64,000 nt of DNA from Candidatus Omnitrophota bacterium (GTDB lineage Bacteria; Omnitrophota; Gorgyraeia; Gygaellales; JAQTUX01): NCBI GenBank assembly GCA_028707125.1, contig JAQTUX010000001.1, forward strand, positions 77,639-141,638, written 5' to 3'. Position 1 is the stretch's first letter; each line of letters opens with the position of its first letter. A model generated the notes under the pieces. That model was not told the origin of the DNA. It worked only from the letters and a program-made list of their open reading frames with translations, and did no database searches. This document shows positions 18,998-28,681 of this stretch, in pieces. A program made the position numbers and the translations under genes.

Positions 18998-19790
18998 CGT
19001 TAAACGTCCTTTTGTCCTGCCTCAAATAACAATTGCCCACGAGGTAATACTTTCCCCGTTCCTGCTTTATCTCCAGCGGCTCCACGTTCCTTTCCGTAAC
19101 CTCGCTGTTTGAGCGCGACAGATACCTGAGTTTCAGCTTTAGTTTAAGGTCGATCGCCTCCTGCAGCTCGGCAACCCTCTGCTGGAGCATTCTACGGGAA
19201 GTATCCGTGTTTACGGAAAAAAGGCGCAGCAGGGAATCCGTATCATCGATCCGTTTTGAGATCAGGATCTCCTTTAGTTTTTCAAAAACCCTTATGGTCA
19301 GGACCACGTCTTCATACGCCCTGTGTTCCTGGCCCGAACTTATGCCCAGCGTCCTTGCCACGTTCAACAACGAATACCCGCTTAAACCGGGCATCAGCCT
19401 CCTGGCCATGATCAATATATCCACCGCGTATAGGTCCGCGGGCAGGGCCTTGCCCAGCATCTTCAGCTCTATGTCCAGAAACCCCAGATCAAAGTTAGTA
19501 TTATAAGAAGCCAGGAGCGCCCCTTTAATAAAATCCAGGAATCCGGGCATTATCCGGCGGCTTTCCGGCGCGCCCCTGAGCATGTCTTCGCTTATATGGT
19601 TCACCTTGAACGCTGCCTCAGAAACATCCCTCCCCGGATTGACCAGCGAACAGAAAGTGGCCAGATGGACCTTGCCGCGCAGCCTTACGGCGGCGATCTC
19701 CACGATCCTGTCTCCGGAAAAGGGGTCGAGCCCGGTTGTCTCCGTGTCAAATATGACCACGTCCACGTCATTTATACTCTTGCCGGTCAT
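18966..19790 (-). CDS. DnaQ-like DEDDh 3'-5' exonuclease fused to a C-terminal WYL-like domain
   Basis: 274 aa. Exo I is VVIFDTETTGLDP, and Exo II and Exo III (HRAYEDV) are present. The C-terminal ~90 aa (…KYYLVGNCYLRQDKRTFNVDSILHLEV) match the WYL ligand-sensing domain pattern. Confidence 0.6.
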   Translation of the reverse strand: MTGKSINDVDVVIFDTETTGLDPFSGDRIVEIAAVRLRGKVHLATFCSLVNPGRDVSEAAFKVNHISEDMLRGAPESRRIMPGFLDFIKGALLASYNTNFDLGFLDIELKMLGKALPADLYAVDILIMARRLMPGLSGYSLLNVARTLGISSGQEHRAYEDVVLTIRVFEKLKEILISKRIDDTDSLLRLFSVNTDTSRRMLQQRVAELQEAIDLKLKLKLRYLSRSNSEVTERNVEPLEIKQERGKYYLVGNCYLRQDKRTFNVDSILHLEVV

Positions 19791-21130
19791 TATTTCTCCA
19801 GTAATACCGTATAGTAATTCTCTATTCTATGCGGCCGGTAAGAAAGCTTGGTCTTCCTTAAATCCTCCAGGCCGGAATCATCCATAACGTTGATAAATTC
19901 CTCTTTCCTCTCTTTGCAGAACTCCCTGAATATAAACTGCGCCAGCCCCTTGATCTTCAGGTCCGCCGCCTCAAGCAATACGCAGAACGTCCGCGTGTTC
20001 AGCTCAAACCCGAATGAATATGCGCGCAGGCGGCCCTCCACTTCAACGACCCTGCCTGCCAGGCCAAGCCCTTTGCAGTCCTCAAATACCCGCCTGTGAT
20101 AACGCAGGGCGTCCTCAAGCATAAGATCGTGCGTCCTGTCCCTTGACGCGTCCTTCCTGCCTTTGGCCCATTCCTCAAGCAGAGATACGGCGGCGTCCTT
20201 ATCGCTTTCTTTGTAGGGCCGGTATTGGAACCTGTAATTCTTCAAAAAATAATTTATGTCCGCGCGCTTTGACTTGAACCTCCCGCCCTTTAAAGCGGCC
20301 TGTTCCTCTCTAAGATACACGTACTCCCTGCCCCTTTCTTCCACGCGCAGCCCTGAGCGCCTGAATTCTTCGGCGGCATCCTCCTCTACGTTATCGATCC
20401 TTGCCGCCTTCAGGACATCCCTGATATAATTTACGGCGGACAGGTCGGCGCCCTTGCCCAAAGGGTTAAGATATAAGAACGCGCCTGAGCCGTTCTTAAA
20501 CAATATGAACAGGCCGCCGTCAAATACGGCCTGCCTTATATCAAAAAAATCCTTCCAGATGTATACGCCGGCAAAAGAATACGCCGAAAGCCGATGCTCT
20601 CCGGGCTTTAAATAACCCTCTATGAATGCCCTGTCGCCCAGGGCGATTTCCTTCAAAGATACGCGCTCAATTTCTTTAAGCGGCTCAACAGAGCCGCCGT
20701 AATCGCAGGCAAGCGAATGTATCCGGCTTAGATCCGCCCTGGCCAGCAAATGATCACGGAGATATTCCGCGTATTCAAGGAGTTTTCCTGACCGCCTGTT
20801 TTCTTCGGCATAAGGGCAGTTTGAGTCAATGCCCAAATAGGCCCTGCCGTTATGCCTGACTATGACAAAAGGGTAGATCCGGCACTCAAACGGCCTGAGA
20901 TCATATACCGAGCAGCGGTTGCCTTCTTTATCAAAGAACTCGCAGCAATATAAACCGTCTGAGCACTCCTTAAGCGCTATCCTGCTCTCTTGCTCTCTCA
21001 GCCCCTCTTTATCCTCCTTCAAAAGCGAGGGCCGGAACACGCTTTCCTTATCCGCGAAGCGGCAGCAGACCCGGCAACTCAGGCACACATCGTTGGGGAC
21101 AAATTGCTGAAGCGTATTAAATGTTGACAT
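19790..21130 (-). CDS. Fusion of an N-terminal YkgJ-type Cys-rich zinc/iron-binding domain with a C-terminal DUF2156 domain (MprF/LPG-synthase C-terminal-like)
   Basis: 446 aa. Cys clusters CLSCRVCCRF…CCEF…C…C match the YkgJ (UPF0153) pattern. The C-terminal ~290 aa are consistent with DUF2156 (…FGFELNTRTFCVLLEAAD…). This is inferred from motif memory. Confidence 0.45.
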   Translation of the reverse strand: MSTFNTLQQFVPNDVCLSCRVCCRFADKESVFRPSLLKEDKEGLREQESRIALKECSDGLYCCEFFDKEGNRCSVYDLRPFECRIYPFVIVRHNGRAYLGIDSNCPYAEENRRSGKLLEYAEYLRDHLLARADLSRIHSLACDYGGSVEPLKEIERVSLKEIALGDRAFIEGYLKPGEHRLSAYSFAGVYIWKDFFDIRQAVFDGGLFILFKNGSGAFLYLNPLGKGADLSAVNYIRDVLKAARIDNVEEDAAEEFRRSGLRVEERGREYVYLREEQAALKGGRFKSKRADINYFLKNYRFQYRPYKESDKDAAVSLLEEWAKGRKDASRDRTHDLMLEDALRYHRRVFEDCKGLGLAGRVVEVEGRLRAYSFGFELNTRTFCVLLEAADLKIKGLAQFIFREFCKERKEEFINVMDDSGLEDLRKTKLSYRPHRIENYYTVLLEK

Positions 21131-21178
21131 ATCAGAAAATGTATGTTATATTTCTTTCTCAAGAAAGGAGTTACGCAT

Positions 21179-21442
21179 ATGCCGCAAAGAAGAAACGCCG
21201 TAAAGAGAATGCGGGTTGACAAGAAGAGAAAAGCCCGCAACCAGAGAATAAAGGCCAACCTGAGAAAAACTATCAAGGACTTTTTGGCGCTTGTGTCTTC
21301 GGGAAAAATGGAAGAAGCCAGGGCATCGCTGAAAACGGTATTCTCTAAATTAGACAAGGCAGCCAAAAAAAAGATCATCCACAAAAATACCGCCGGGCGC
21401 AAAAAATCCCGCCTCAGCAGTAAAATCTCAAAAACAGCATAG
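21179..21442 (+). CDS. rpsT: 30S ribosomal protein S20
   Basis: MPQRRNAVKRMRVDKKRKARNQRIKANLRKTIKDF… matches S20 over its full length. The ORF-track start at 21143 adds 12 unlikely residues. Confidence 0.85.
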   Translation: MPQRRNAVKRMRVDKKRKARNQRIKANLRKTIKDFLALVSSGKMEEARASLKTVFSKLDKAAKKKIIHKNTAGRKKSRLSSKISKTA

Positions 21443-22069
21443 TTTTATAACTAATTTCTCCAGCGCCAGAGCAGGCCGCAGGCGCCCTGTCTTTATGTCT
21501 AATTCCGTGCCGAGCAGCGCCGATAGATTCCTCTGCCTCTGCGTGTCCGCGAGGGAATCTTTCATCAACTGATACCTTAAGGCGCCCAGTATCCTCTCGG
21601 GGCTTTCGCCTTTATGCAGCAGGTAATTAAGAAGGCGCAGGCCCGCGCCTATGTCTTTGCCTGCCACCGCCCTGCCCAGGTCAAAGGCGTTGTTTTTCCT
21701 GGCAAAGCCGATCTTTTCTATTTTTATATTGCCCGCGCTGTAGGCGAGAGCGGCCTTATCCTGTTCCCCGTCCCCTCCCGCTGTTAACACGAGAACAACG
21801 TGGGAAAACGGCTTGCCGGAATAAGCGATGAGGGATTCCTTTACCTGCGGCTTTAGTCGTTGGGCATCGCGGATCAAGACCAGGCGTTTCTTTACGCCCT
21901 GGGTGGGAAGGCGCGACAACGCCTCCTGCAGATCCTTTACGGTGAGCCCTTTGGAGGCGAGGTTTTCGTAATTGAACTGCTCAAGGCAACCGGCAAGGCA
22001 TGCCTGTTTAAACTGGTCTATCCGCGCCTGCTTCTTTTCTTCGTTGTCTCCCAATAATAAATAGACCAT
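21428..22069 (-). CDS. holA: DNA polymerase III delta subunit, unusually short form
   Basis: 213 aa. The N-terminus (VYLLLGDNEEKKQARIDQF) and domain I/II pattern resemble HolA. It has the conserved position downstream of lptE. It lacks ~100 C-terminal residues compared with typical HolA. Confidence 0.5.
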   Translation of the reverse strand: MVYLLLGDNEEKKQARIDQFKQACLAGCLEQFNYENLASKGLTVKDLQEALSRLPTQGVKKRLVLIRDAQRLKPQVKESLIAYSGKPFSHVVLVLTAGGDGEQDKAALAYSAGNIKIEKIGFARKNNAFDLGRAVAGKDIGAGLRLLNYLLHKGESPERILGALRYQLMKDSLADTQRQRNLSALLGTELDIKTGRLRPALALEKLVIKLCCF

Positions 22070-22073
22070 GGGC

Positions 22074-22613
22074 TCACCAATCTTCTATGGTCCTCTCAAC
22101 CACGCGCTTGGCGAGATCTTTGATAGCGGCATCTACAGCGCTTGATTCTGATTTGGCCTGGGAACCGGTGACGAAATAAGTGGTATCTCCGGAAAAATTG
22201 GCCTCAGACCACACCTCCTCATCATTCTTATTATCCCGGAGGGCCATATTCAGTATCAGCGTCAGGCGGTATTCAAGAACGTCGTCATTGTCGTCATACC
22301 TTAAGGCGTCCCTGCGGTAATCTATCAATTCCGCCTTTAGAATAATGTCGGCGTCCCGCGGCTGCGCCAGGCGCAGCCCACCTTCAAAGGCGTATCTTTC
22401 TATTATGGCATTGGTTATGTCCCTGTCCAGAAGCGGGTGGTAGGTCCTGAAAAGCCGCTGGTTTGCCGCCTCCTGCGTGATGTCAACTTTATTTTTCACC
22501 GGCTCCACATACACGGTCTTAAACCTGGATTTTATCAACGAACGCGTGCTGTAGCCGCAGCCGGAAAAGAGAAAAAGCGCCGCAATCATATAGATCAAGA
22601 TCCTTGGCCTCAT
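22074..22613 (-). CDS. lptE: LPS-assembly lipoprotein LptE
   Basis: 179 aa. The lipobox is LFSGCG. It has LptE-like length and composition, and the lptE-holA adjacency is conserved. Confidence 0.55.
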   Translation of the reverse strand: MRPRILIYMIAALFLFSGCGYSTRSLIKSRFKTVYVEPVKNKVDITQEAANQRLFRTYHPLLDRDITNAIIERYAFEGGLRLAQPRDADIILKAELIDYRRDALRYDDNDDVLEYRLTLILNMALRDNKNDEEVWSEANFSGDTTYFVTGSQAKSESSAVDAAIKDLAKRVVERTIEDW

Positions 22614-23572
22614 TTACCCTCCATATTTTCTATGATCGACAACCGCTCGACCGCCTCAGAAGCAAACTTGCTGTCGGGATAATCGTCCAGGACGATCTTA
22701 TAATAGACCGCGGCTGCCTTATATTCCTTCTGCTTCTCGTAGAACCTTGCCGTATCAAAATTAAACTGCGCCTCCTTATCTTTGATCCTGGTTATATTAT
22801 CCCTGGCCTTCTGGGACAGCTCCGCGTCAGGATAGACCTTGAGAAAATCCTCAAATCCTTTTTTTGCCTCGCCCGCGGCTCCGGAATCGTATTCCGGGCC
22901 GGTTGAGGTGGCTGCCTTTGTAGAGGCCAGCTGAAACCTGGCCGCGGCGACCCATTCGCTGGCAGGGTAATTGTTGGCCACCTTCTCAAACGCCTCCTCT
23001 GCCTCGTATAGCCTGCCGAGATCCTTCAGGATCAGCCCCAATTTATATTGCGCTACCGGCGCCAACGGGCCGTAGGTGGAATTTTCTATTATCTGCTCCA
23101 ATATCTCAATGGCCGGATTGTCAACCGGCAGCCTCAACCCCAATGCCTTGCGCTCCGCTTCTCCGGATATGAATTTCTCCGCTATCGCGTACTCCTTCTC
23201 AACGATCTCCTGAATGCGCTCGCTGAAAGGATACTTATCTATGACCTTCTGGTATGCCTTGTAGGCGGAATAAAAATCTGCCTGCTTCATAAGACACTCC
23301 CCCAGATAGAACTGCGCCTCGGAGGCCTCATGTGATTTAGGATAATACTTTATGAGTTTCTTAAACTCTTCTGCGGCCGGGATATAATCTCCCGCGTTAA
23401 AAAATCCTAACGCGAAATTGAGCTGCTCTTTGGGGTTCTGTTTTACCGCGTGCTTCGGGTTTACGAACCTGCCTGTCTTGGGCGTCCATACCCAGAAGGC
23501 CTGCGCCTGCGGGGCAAGAATCACAGTATTGATAAATAAAAATAATAAGAGTATCGGCCATTTATTTCTCAT
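22610..23572 (-). CDS. Periplasmic TPR-repeat protein, BamD/YfiO-like
   Basis: 320 aa. A cleavable signal is present (…APQAQA/FW). Multiple TPR-like repeats contain aromatic-rich YY/KY motifs. There is no lipobox cysteine, so the BamD identity is tentative. Confidence 0.45.
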   Translation of the reverse strand: MRNKWPILLLFLFINTVILAPQAQAFWVWTPKTGRFVNPKHAVKQNPKEQLNFALGFFNAGDYIPAAEEFKKLIKYYPKSHEASEAQFYLGECLMKQADFYSAYKAYQKVIDKYPFSERIQEIVEKEYAIAEKFISGEAERKALGLRLPVDNPAIEILEQIIENSTYGPLAPVAQYKLGLILKDLGRLYEAEEAFEKVANNYPASEWVAAARFQLASTKAATSTGPEYDSGAAGEAKKGFEDFLKVYPDAELSQKARDNITRIKDKEAQFNFDTARFYEKQKEYKAAAVYYKIVLDDYPDSKFASEAVERLSIIENMEGK

Positions 23573-25602
23573 CGGATCTCCGCTTTGAGCTCTTTGACAA
23601 GCGCCTTAAGCACGTTATCGTGCGTGCTGTTTGCCTCTTCGTCGGTCAGGGTGTGGTCATCAGAACGGTACAGGCAGGCCAACATAAGCCCTTTATACCC
23701 TTCTGGTATCTGCTTGCCGCGATAACAATCTACTACGGATACATCCTTCAGGGTATCCGCGGAGCTGCCTGCGATCACCCTTTTTACCTCTCGCGCCGGT
23801 ATCCCGCTTTTCAGTATCAGGCTGATATCGCGCCTTATGGACGGAAAGGACGGCAGGGGGCTGTATCGCCTGCTAAGGTCGGCAATACGGAAAACCTTCT
23901 CTATTTGTATCTCAGCCGCGAAGACCTTCGCGTTCTTAATGCCGAAAGTGTCCAGGATACCGGCCTCAATTTCTCCAAATACGCCTAATTTATCGCCTTG
24001 GGCGGCCAGGGAAAACGACCTCCCTTCGGCAAAGAACACGCAACAGCCCTCTTCAATCCCGTAATCATTTATGCCCAGCCCGCGGAATATCCCCTCAATT
24101 ACGCCCTTCGCGTGAAACAGCGAATACCCCTCCCTGCTGATGCCTTGCGCGAGGCATTTTATATTTTCTCCGCTTAAGGCAAAAGCCAGCGTATCCTCCT
24201 CGGTATCTTTGAAAAACCTCCTGCCCCATTCATAAACAGCGACTCTATCCTGCCTCTGGTTAAGGTTTGTCCTCACGGCATCGAGCAGGCCGCAAAGCAG
24301 CGTGGGCCGCAAAACGCGTTGTTGGGAATTAAGCGGATTAACTATGGAGCGCAATTCATCAGCCGGATATTCCAACGCCTCTAACAGCTTATAATTAAGC
24401 AAACTTACGCTTATGGCCTCGTCTAATCCCTGGCTGATGAGCGCGTCCCTGAGCCCCTTCTTCAATTTTATTTCACGCAGGGTTTCCTCGTCTATCCGCG
24501 GCCGGAACGCCGGCAAACAGGAAGGGATATTATCATAACCGTATATCCTGGCGATCTCTTCTATAAGGTCCGCCTCAATACTCACATCCTGCCTGAAAGA
24601 GGGTATGCTTACCGAGAGCTTTTCCTTCGCGTGTTTTTTTACGCCAAACCCCAACGCGGCAAGGATCGCCTTTATTCTTGCCGTTGAGACATCTATGCCG
24701 AGCAGATTCGGGACCGAGCCTTCCTTCAATATAATTGACCTGGGCCTGGCACTGAGCCCTCCGGAGACGATCATCCCTTCGTCTCGCCCTGACGCGATAC
24801 TGATAACCAACCCTGCCGCCCGCTCTGAAGCTCCAGGCAGCCCGGACCTGTCGACACCCCGCTCAAAACGATAGGAGGAGTCGGTAGAGGCCCCGGCGAT
24901 AGAACGCCCGCGCCTGACAACAATGGGGTCAAAAAGCGCTGTTTCAATAAGTATGTTTTTTGTGCCCGCGTTGATCTCCGTATCTATGCCGCCCATGACT
25001 CCGGCGATAGCTATGGGCCTGGTGTTATCCGCTATGACCAGCACATCTTTGTTAAGCTGGCGTTTTTTACCGTCTATGGCCATGATCTCCTCGCCCTGCT
25101 TTGCCCGGCGCACAGTGATACCGCCTTTAATTTTATCCAGATCAAACGCGTGCAGCGGCTGGCCGGTTTCATAGAGGACATAGTTGGTAATGTCTACGAT
25201 ATTGTTGACCGGACGAAGCCCCACCGCGCTGACGCGCTCAGCCAGCCATTTTGGAGACGGCCCCACATTAACTCCTCGTATTATTTTTGCCGTATAAACA
25301 GGGCAGTCCTTTTCGTTTTCCACCTTGACCGGAAAAGAACGCGCCTTTCTCGGGGAAGCGGCCTTCTTGGCCGCGGCAGGCCTCATCCTCCTGCCTGTGA
25401 TCGCCGCTATTTCCCTGGCAATGCCTAAGACGCTCAAACAGTCGCTGCGATTAGGGGTGACCTCTATCTCAAACACATGGTCATCCCCGAATTTAGACAG
25501 AGATGTAACTTCAAGCCCTGCCATGGTCAGCTTATCCGCCAACTTCTCCGGCGGGAGCGTAATATTGACAAAATCTTTAAGCCAATTGTATGTGACTTTC
25601 AT
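23569..25602 (-). CDS. pheT: Phenylalanine--tRNA ligase beta subunit
   Basis: 677 aa. B3/4, B5 and catalytic-like domain motifs are present. It lies immediately downstream of pheS. Confidence 0.9.
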   Translation of the reverse strand: MKVTYNWLKDFVNITLPPEKLADKLTMAGLEVTSLSKFGDDHVFEIEVTPNRSDCLSVLGIAREIAAITGRRMRPAAAKKAASPRKARSFPVKVENEKDCPVYTAKIIRGVNVGPSPKWLAERVSAVGLRPVNNIVDITNYVLYETGQPLHAFDLDKIKGGITVRRAKQGEEIMAIDGKKRQLNKDVLVIADNTRPIAIAGVMGGIDTEINAGTKNILIETALFDPIVVRRGRSIAGASTDSSYRFERGVDRSGLPGASERAAGLVISIASGRDEGMIVSGGLSARPRSIILKEGSVPNLLGIDVSTARIKAILAALGFGVKKHAKEKLSVSIPSFRQDVSIEADLIEEIARIYGYDNIPSCLPAFRPRIDEETLREIKLKKGLRDALISQGLDEAISVSLLNYKLLEALEYPADELRSIVNPLNSQQRVLRPTLLCGLLDAVRTNLNQRQDRVAVYEWGRRFFKDTEEDTLAFALSGENIKCLAQGISREGYSLFHAKGVIEGIFRGLGINDYGIEEGCCVFFAEGRSFSLAAQGDKLGVFGEIEAGILDTFGIKNAKVFAAEIQIEKVFRIADLSRRYSPLPSFPSIRRDISLILKSGIPAREVKRVIAGSSADTLKDVSVVDCYRGKQIPEGYKGLMLACLYRSDDHTLTDEEANSTHDNVLKALVKELKAEIR

Positions 25603-25608
25603 ACATGT

Positions 25609-25683
25609 CCTCTACACACTTACGTGTGTAGTATCCTTGTGCTGTTCTTGGCTTGACATTCCCCACACGTGAGTGTGGGGTCC
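25609..25683 (-). repeat. Dual-hairpin intercistronic element, copy 2. It fills the whole pheS-pheT spacer and supplies the pheT Shine-Dalgarno.
   Basis: Arm 1 is CTACACAC-TTAC-GTGTGTAG at 25612-25631. The spacer is 29 nt. Arm 2 is CCCCACAC-GTGA-GTGTGGGG at 25661-25680; the loop reads GTGA here against GTAA in copy 1, and both are GNRA. Confidence 0.8.
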
Positions 25684-25689
25684 ACATCG

Positions 25690-26742
25690 CTAAAACTGTC
25701 TTAGAAACCTCAAATCGTTCTCGAAAAATAAGCGTATATCATTTATGCCGTACTTAAGCATGGCTATTCTCTCAATGCCCAGCCCGAAGGCGAACCCGGT
25801 ATACCTCCTGCTGTCTATACCCATATTCTCCAGCACATCAGGGTGCACCATGCCGCTGCCCAGGATCTCCAGCCATCCTTTCCTGCCGCATACGGAACAG
25901 CCGCGGCCTCCGCACATGATGCAGGATATATCCACCTCTGCCGACGGCTCGGTGAAGGGAAAGAAGTGCGGCCGGAAACGCATCCGGGTCTTTTCGGAAA
26001 ACAGGGAATGGACAAAGGACTCAAGCACCGCTTTCAGGTGGCTGAAGTTTATGCCCTCATCCACCATAAGCCCCTCTATCTGATGGAACATAAAGGAATG
26101 CGACGCGTCCACCGCGTCGGGGCGGAAAACCCTGCCCGGCACGACCACGGCAATAGGCGGCTTCCTTGATTCCATCACTCTGATCTGCACCGGAGATGTG
26201 TGGCTACGAAGCAGCAGCTTCCCGCCTTTCGGCCTGTTTGCCTGCTCTTTTTGCTCAAGATAAAACGTGTCAAATACATCCCGGGACGGATGCTCAAGCG
26301 GAATATTTAACGCCGTAAAATTGTGGTATTCTGTTTCGATTTCCGGTCCGAACACGACCGCGAAGCCCATGCGCTCAAATACCGCGCATATATCATCCAT
26401 TGTTTTCGTGATCGGGTGCGGATTGCCCTGGTACTGGCTGACAGAAGGCATACTGATATCCACCGCGTCAACGCATACGGAGCCGGCCGCTCCGGAGGAT
26501 CCGATCTCCGCTTCCCTTGATCCTATTAAACGGCTGACCTCGGCCTTAAGCTCATTGATCATACTGCCTGCCCGCGGCCGTTCTTCTTTTGACAGGCCGG
26601 GTATGGAACCGGTCAAAGAAGCAAAAACGCCTTTCCTGCCCAGATACTTGTCCTTGAGGGCAAAAAGTTCTTTCCGCGTTGCGGCTTCGCCTATTTCTTT
26701 ACGCGCCTGCTCTTTAAAATCCTGAGGGTCAATACCAAGCAT
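25690..26742 (-). CDS. pheS: Phenylalanine--tRNA ligase alpha subunit
   Basis: 350 aa. Class II aaRS motifs are present (…FRPHFFPFTEPSAEVD…GLGIERIAML…). Confidence 0.9.
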   Translation of the reverse strand: MLGIDPQDFKEQARKEIGEAATRKELFALKDKYLGRKGVFASLTGSIPGLSKEERPRAGSMINELKAEVSRLIGSREAEIGSSGAAGSVCVDAVDISMPSVSQYQGNPHPITKTMDDICAVFERMGFAVVFGPEIETEYHNFTALNIPLEHPSRDVFDTFYLEQKEQANRPKGGKLLLRSHTSPVQIRVMESRKPPIAVVVPGRVFRPDAVDASHSFMFHQIEGLMVDEGINFSHLKAVLESFVHSLFSEKTRMRFRPHFFPFTEPSAEVDISCIMCGGRGCSVCGRKGWLEILGSGMVHPDVLENMGIDSRRYTGFAFGLGIERIAMLKYGINDIRLFFENDLRFLRQF

Positions 26743-27179
26743 AACAATCCTGTCAGTATAATTACCAGCCGCCTTTTGTATAAGTCAAGCGGCTCGTTAA
26801 TTTTCTTGCCCGGCCGCGTTACTGCTGCTTCAAAGGCGTGGATATCCAGGTCTGAGCCGTGGACAGCGCAGGCGCGGTTAAACACGCCTTTCACCTTAAC
26901 CCTGTCGCCCTTTACATTATAGGCGCCGACATGGCTGATTTCCGGCATGATAGCGGCAGGTATCCATACGCCTATGGCGTTATCTCCGTCGTGCAAATTC
27001 ACCAGTGCCTGATCGCCGCGCCTCATCAGGTCCCCTATTGCCTCGCCTTCAAACTCTATCTGCTTGCCGTCGAAACTCCGCGCCTCGTTAATTAATGTGT
27101 TGCTTGAAATCGGCTGCGCCCAAATACGGCCGCAGGCAAGAAAAATAAATACCGCCGGCAAGAATAATTTGCGCATCAT
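26691..27179 (-). CDS. Hypothetical exported protein with a C-terminal transmembrane anchor
   Basis: 162 aa. It has an N-terminal signal peptide and a C-terminal hydrophobic segment followed by basic residues. No family was recognised. Confidence 0.4.
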   Translation of the reverse strand: MMRKLFLPAVFIFLACGRIWAQPISSNTLINEARSFDGKQIEFEGEAIGDLMRRGDQALVNLHDGDNAIGVWIPAAIMPEISHVGAYNVKGDRVKVKGVFNRACAVHGSDLDIHAFEAAVTRPGKKINEPLDLYKRRLVIILTGLLCLVLTLRILKSRRVKK

Positions 27180-28678
27180 TTACCCCTTATAGCCGATATG
27201 ACAAAACCTATAAGCACAAATATGGACATGAATTCCAGGCGGCCAGCCCACATCTGGAACATATAGATTATCTTAAGCGTATTAGGCATGCCTGCCGAGG
27301 TTATGCCGCAGGACAGGCCCACGTTTGCCGCGGCCGACGTTGATTCAAACAATGACTGCATAAAGGGAAACCCGAAAAACATCGCCGCCAGCGTGCCCGC
27401 AAGATACATCGTAAGATAGAATAATGTGACTATGCTGGCGTTCTTTACCGCCTTATCATCAAGGAACATCTCCTTAAGATGAAAGAACCTTTCTGAAACG
27501 CGGCTTGCCTCGGGCAGCATCAACTGCCTGATATTCTGCACCGTCCCCTTTATTATCAGCCCTATCCTGAGCATCTTGATACCGCCGGAACTGGAGCAGG
27601 CGCCGGCGCCTAACGCCATAGCCAGGATCAGGCCAAAGATCGCCGTGGGATGCCATTCGGAGAAGAACTGCCCGTTGTAAATCGTGGAATACCCCGTGGT
27701 TGTATGCGCGGAGATGAACTGATAAAATCCCTTGCTGAATACTGCCTGGCCTGAAGCGTATACGCGGTAGCCGACAAGCCCCGCGGCAACAATAACAAAC
27801 AGCAGCGCTATAGACCAGAGGAACGTCCTTATCTCTATATCCTTGAAGACCGCCTTCTTATTGCTAAGCCAGATGGCATAATGCATATTAAAGTTGATGG
27901 CGCCGGACACCATAATCAGCACTGTAATCATTTCTATAAGCGGATTGTGGAAATAAAGTATGTTCTGCGACTGAGTAGTAAAGCCGCCTGTGTCAAATGT
28001 GGCCATAAAAATACACACCCCATGGAAAAATGACCTGGGCCAGCTTATGCCGTAAATCCGCGCTGCCGCGGCAAGCGCGAATGACCCCAAAAACAAATAA
28101 GTAAAACTGACTATCCAGATAAACCTCGCGGTCTGCACCACATTCGGCAGGATGCGCTCCTCGCGCGCCTCGCCCACATACATCCTGAATGCCCCTGACG
28201 CCGATCTCACCATCAGAGAAAGCACAGTGATGATAATGCCCTGGCCTCCGATAAATATGGTAAGGTGCCGCCAGAGATTGTGGGAATAAGATATATGGTC
28301 TAAGTCCTGCACCAGCACAAGTCCGGTCGTAGACAGCCCGGACATCGCGTCAAAACAAGCGTCCAGAAAAGATGCCCAGTGCCCGCTTAAATACAAGGGT
28401 ATCGCCCCCAAAAGCATCGCGGCAAGCCAGGAAAGAGAGACGGTGATCATACCCTGCATCCAATTGATATCTTTTGTGGTCCGGCAAAGAGAGACCAGGC
28501 CAAACCCTATAATCAAACTTGACAACAGGGCAATGCAGAAGTCAAGGGCGGGGTTAATCTCGCCTAAAGATAAGGCGAGGATGAGCGGAATGCCTAAAAA
28601 CAGGGAAAATCCGATAAGTATCTTTCCCAGATAATAGGCGATTATCTTGATATCTTCAAATTGCGGCCTGAGCAGCAT
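27176..28678 (-). CDS. trkH: Trk/Ktr-type potassium transporter membrane subunit
   Basis: 500 aa polytopic membrane protein with TrkH/KtrB-like repeated M1-P-M2 units. It is adjacent to two trkA genes. Confidence 0.85.
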   Translation of the reverse strand: MLLRPQFEDIKIIAYYLGKILIGFSLFLGIPLILALSLGEINPALDFCIALLSSLIIGFGLVSLCRTTKDINWMQGMITVSLSWLAAMLLGAIPLYLSGHWASFLDACFDAMSGLSTTGLVLVQDLDHISYSHNLWRHLTIFIGGQGIIITVLSLMVRSASGAFRMYVGEAREERILPNVVQTARFIWIVSFTYLFLGSFALAAAARIYGISWPRSFFHGVCIFMATFDTGGFTTQSQNILYFHNPLIEMITVLIMVSGAINFNMHYAIWLSNKKAVFKDIEIRTFLWSIALLFVIVAAGLVGYRVYASGQAVFSKGFYQFISAHTTTGYSTIYNGQFFSEWHPTAIFGLILAMALGAGACSSSGGIKMLRIGLIIKGTVQNIRQLMLPEASRVSERFFHLKEMFLDDKAVKNASIVTLFYLTMYLAGTLAAMFFGFPFMQSLFESTSAAANVGLSCGITSAGMPNTLKIIYMFQMWAGRLEFMSIFVLIGFVISAIRGK

Positions 28679-28681
28679 CTT

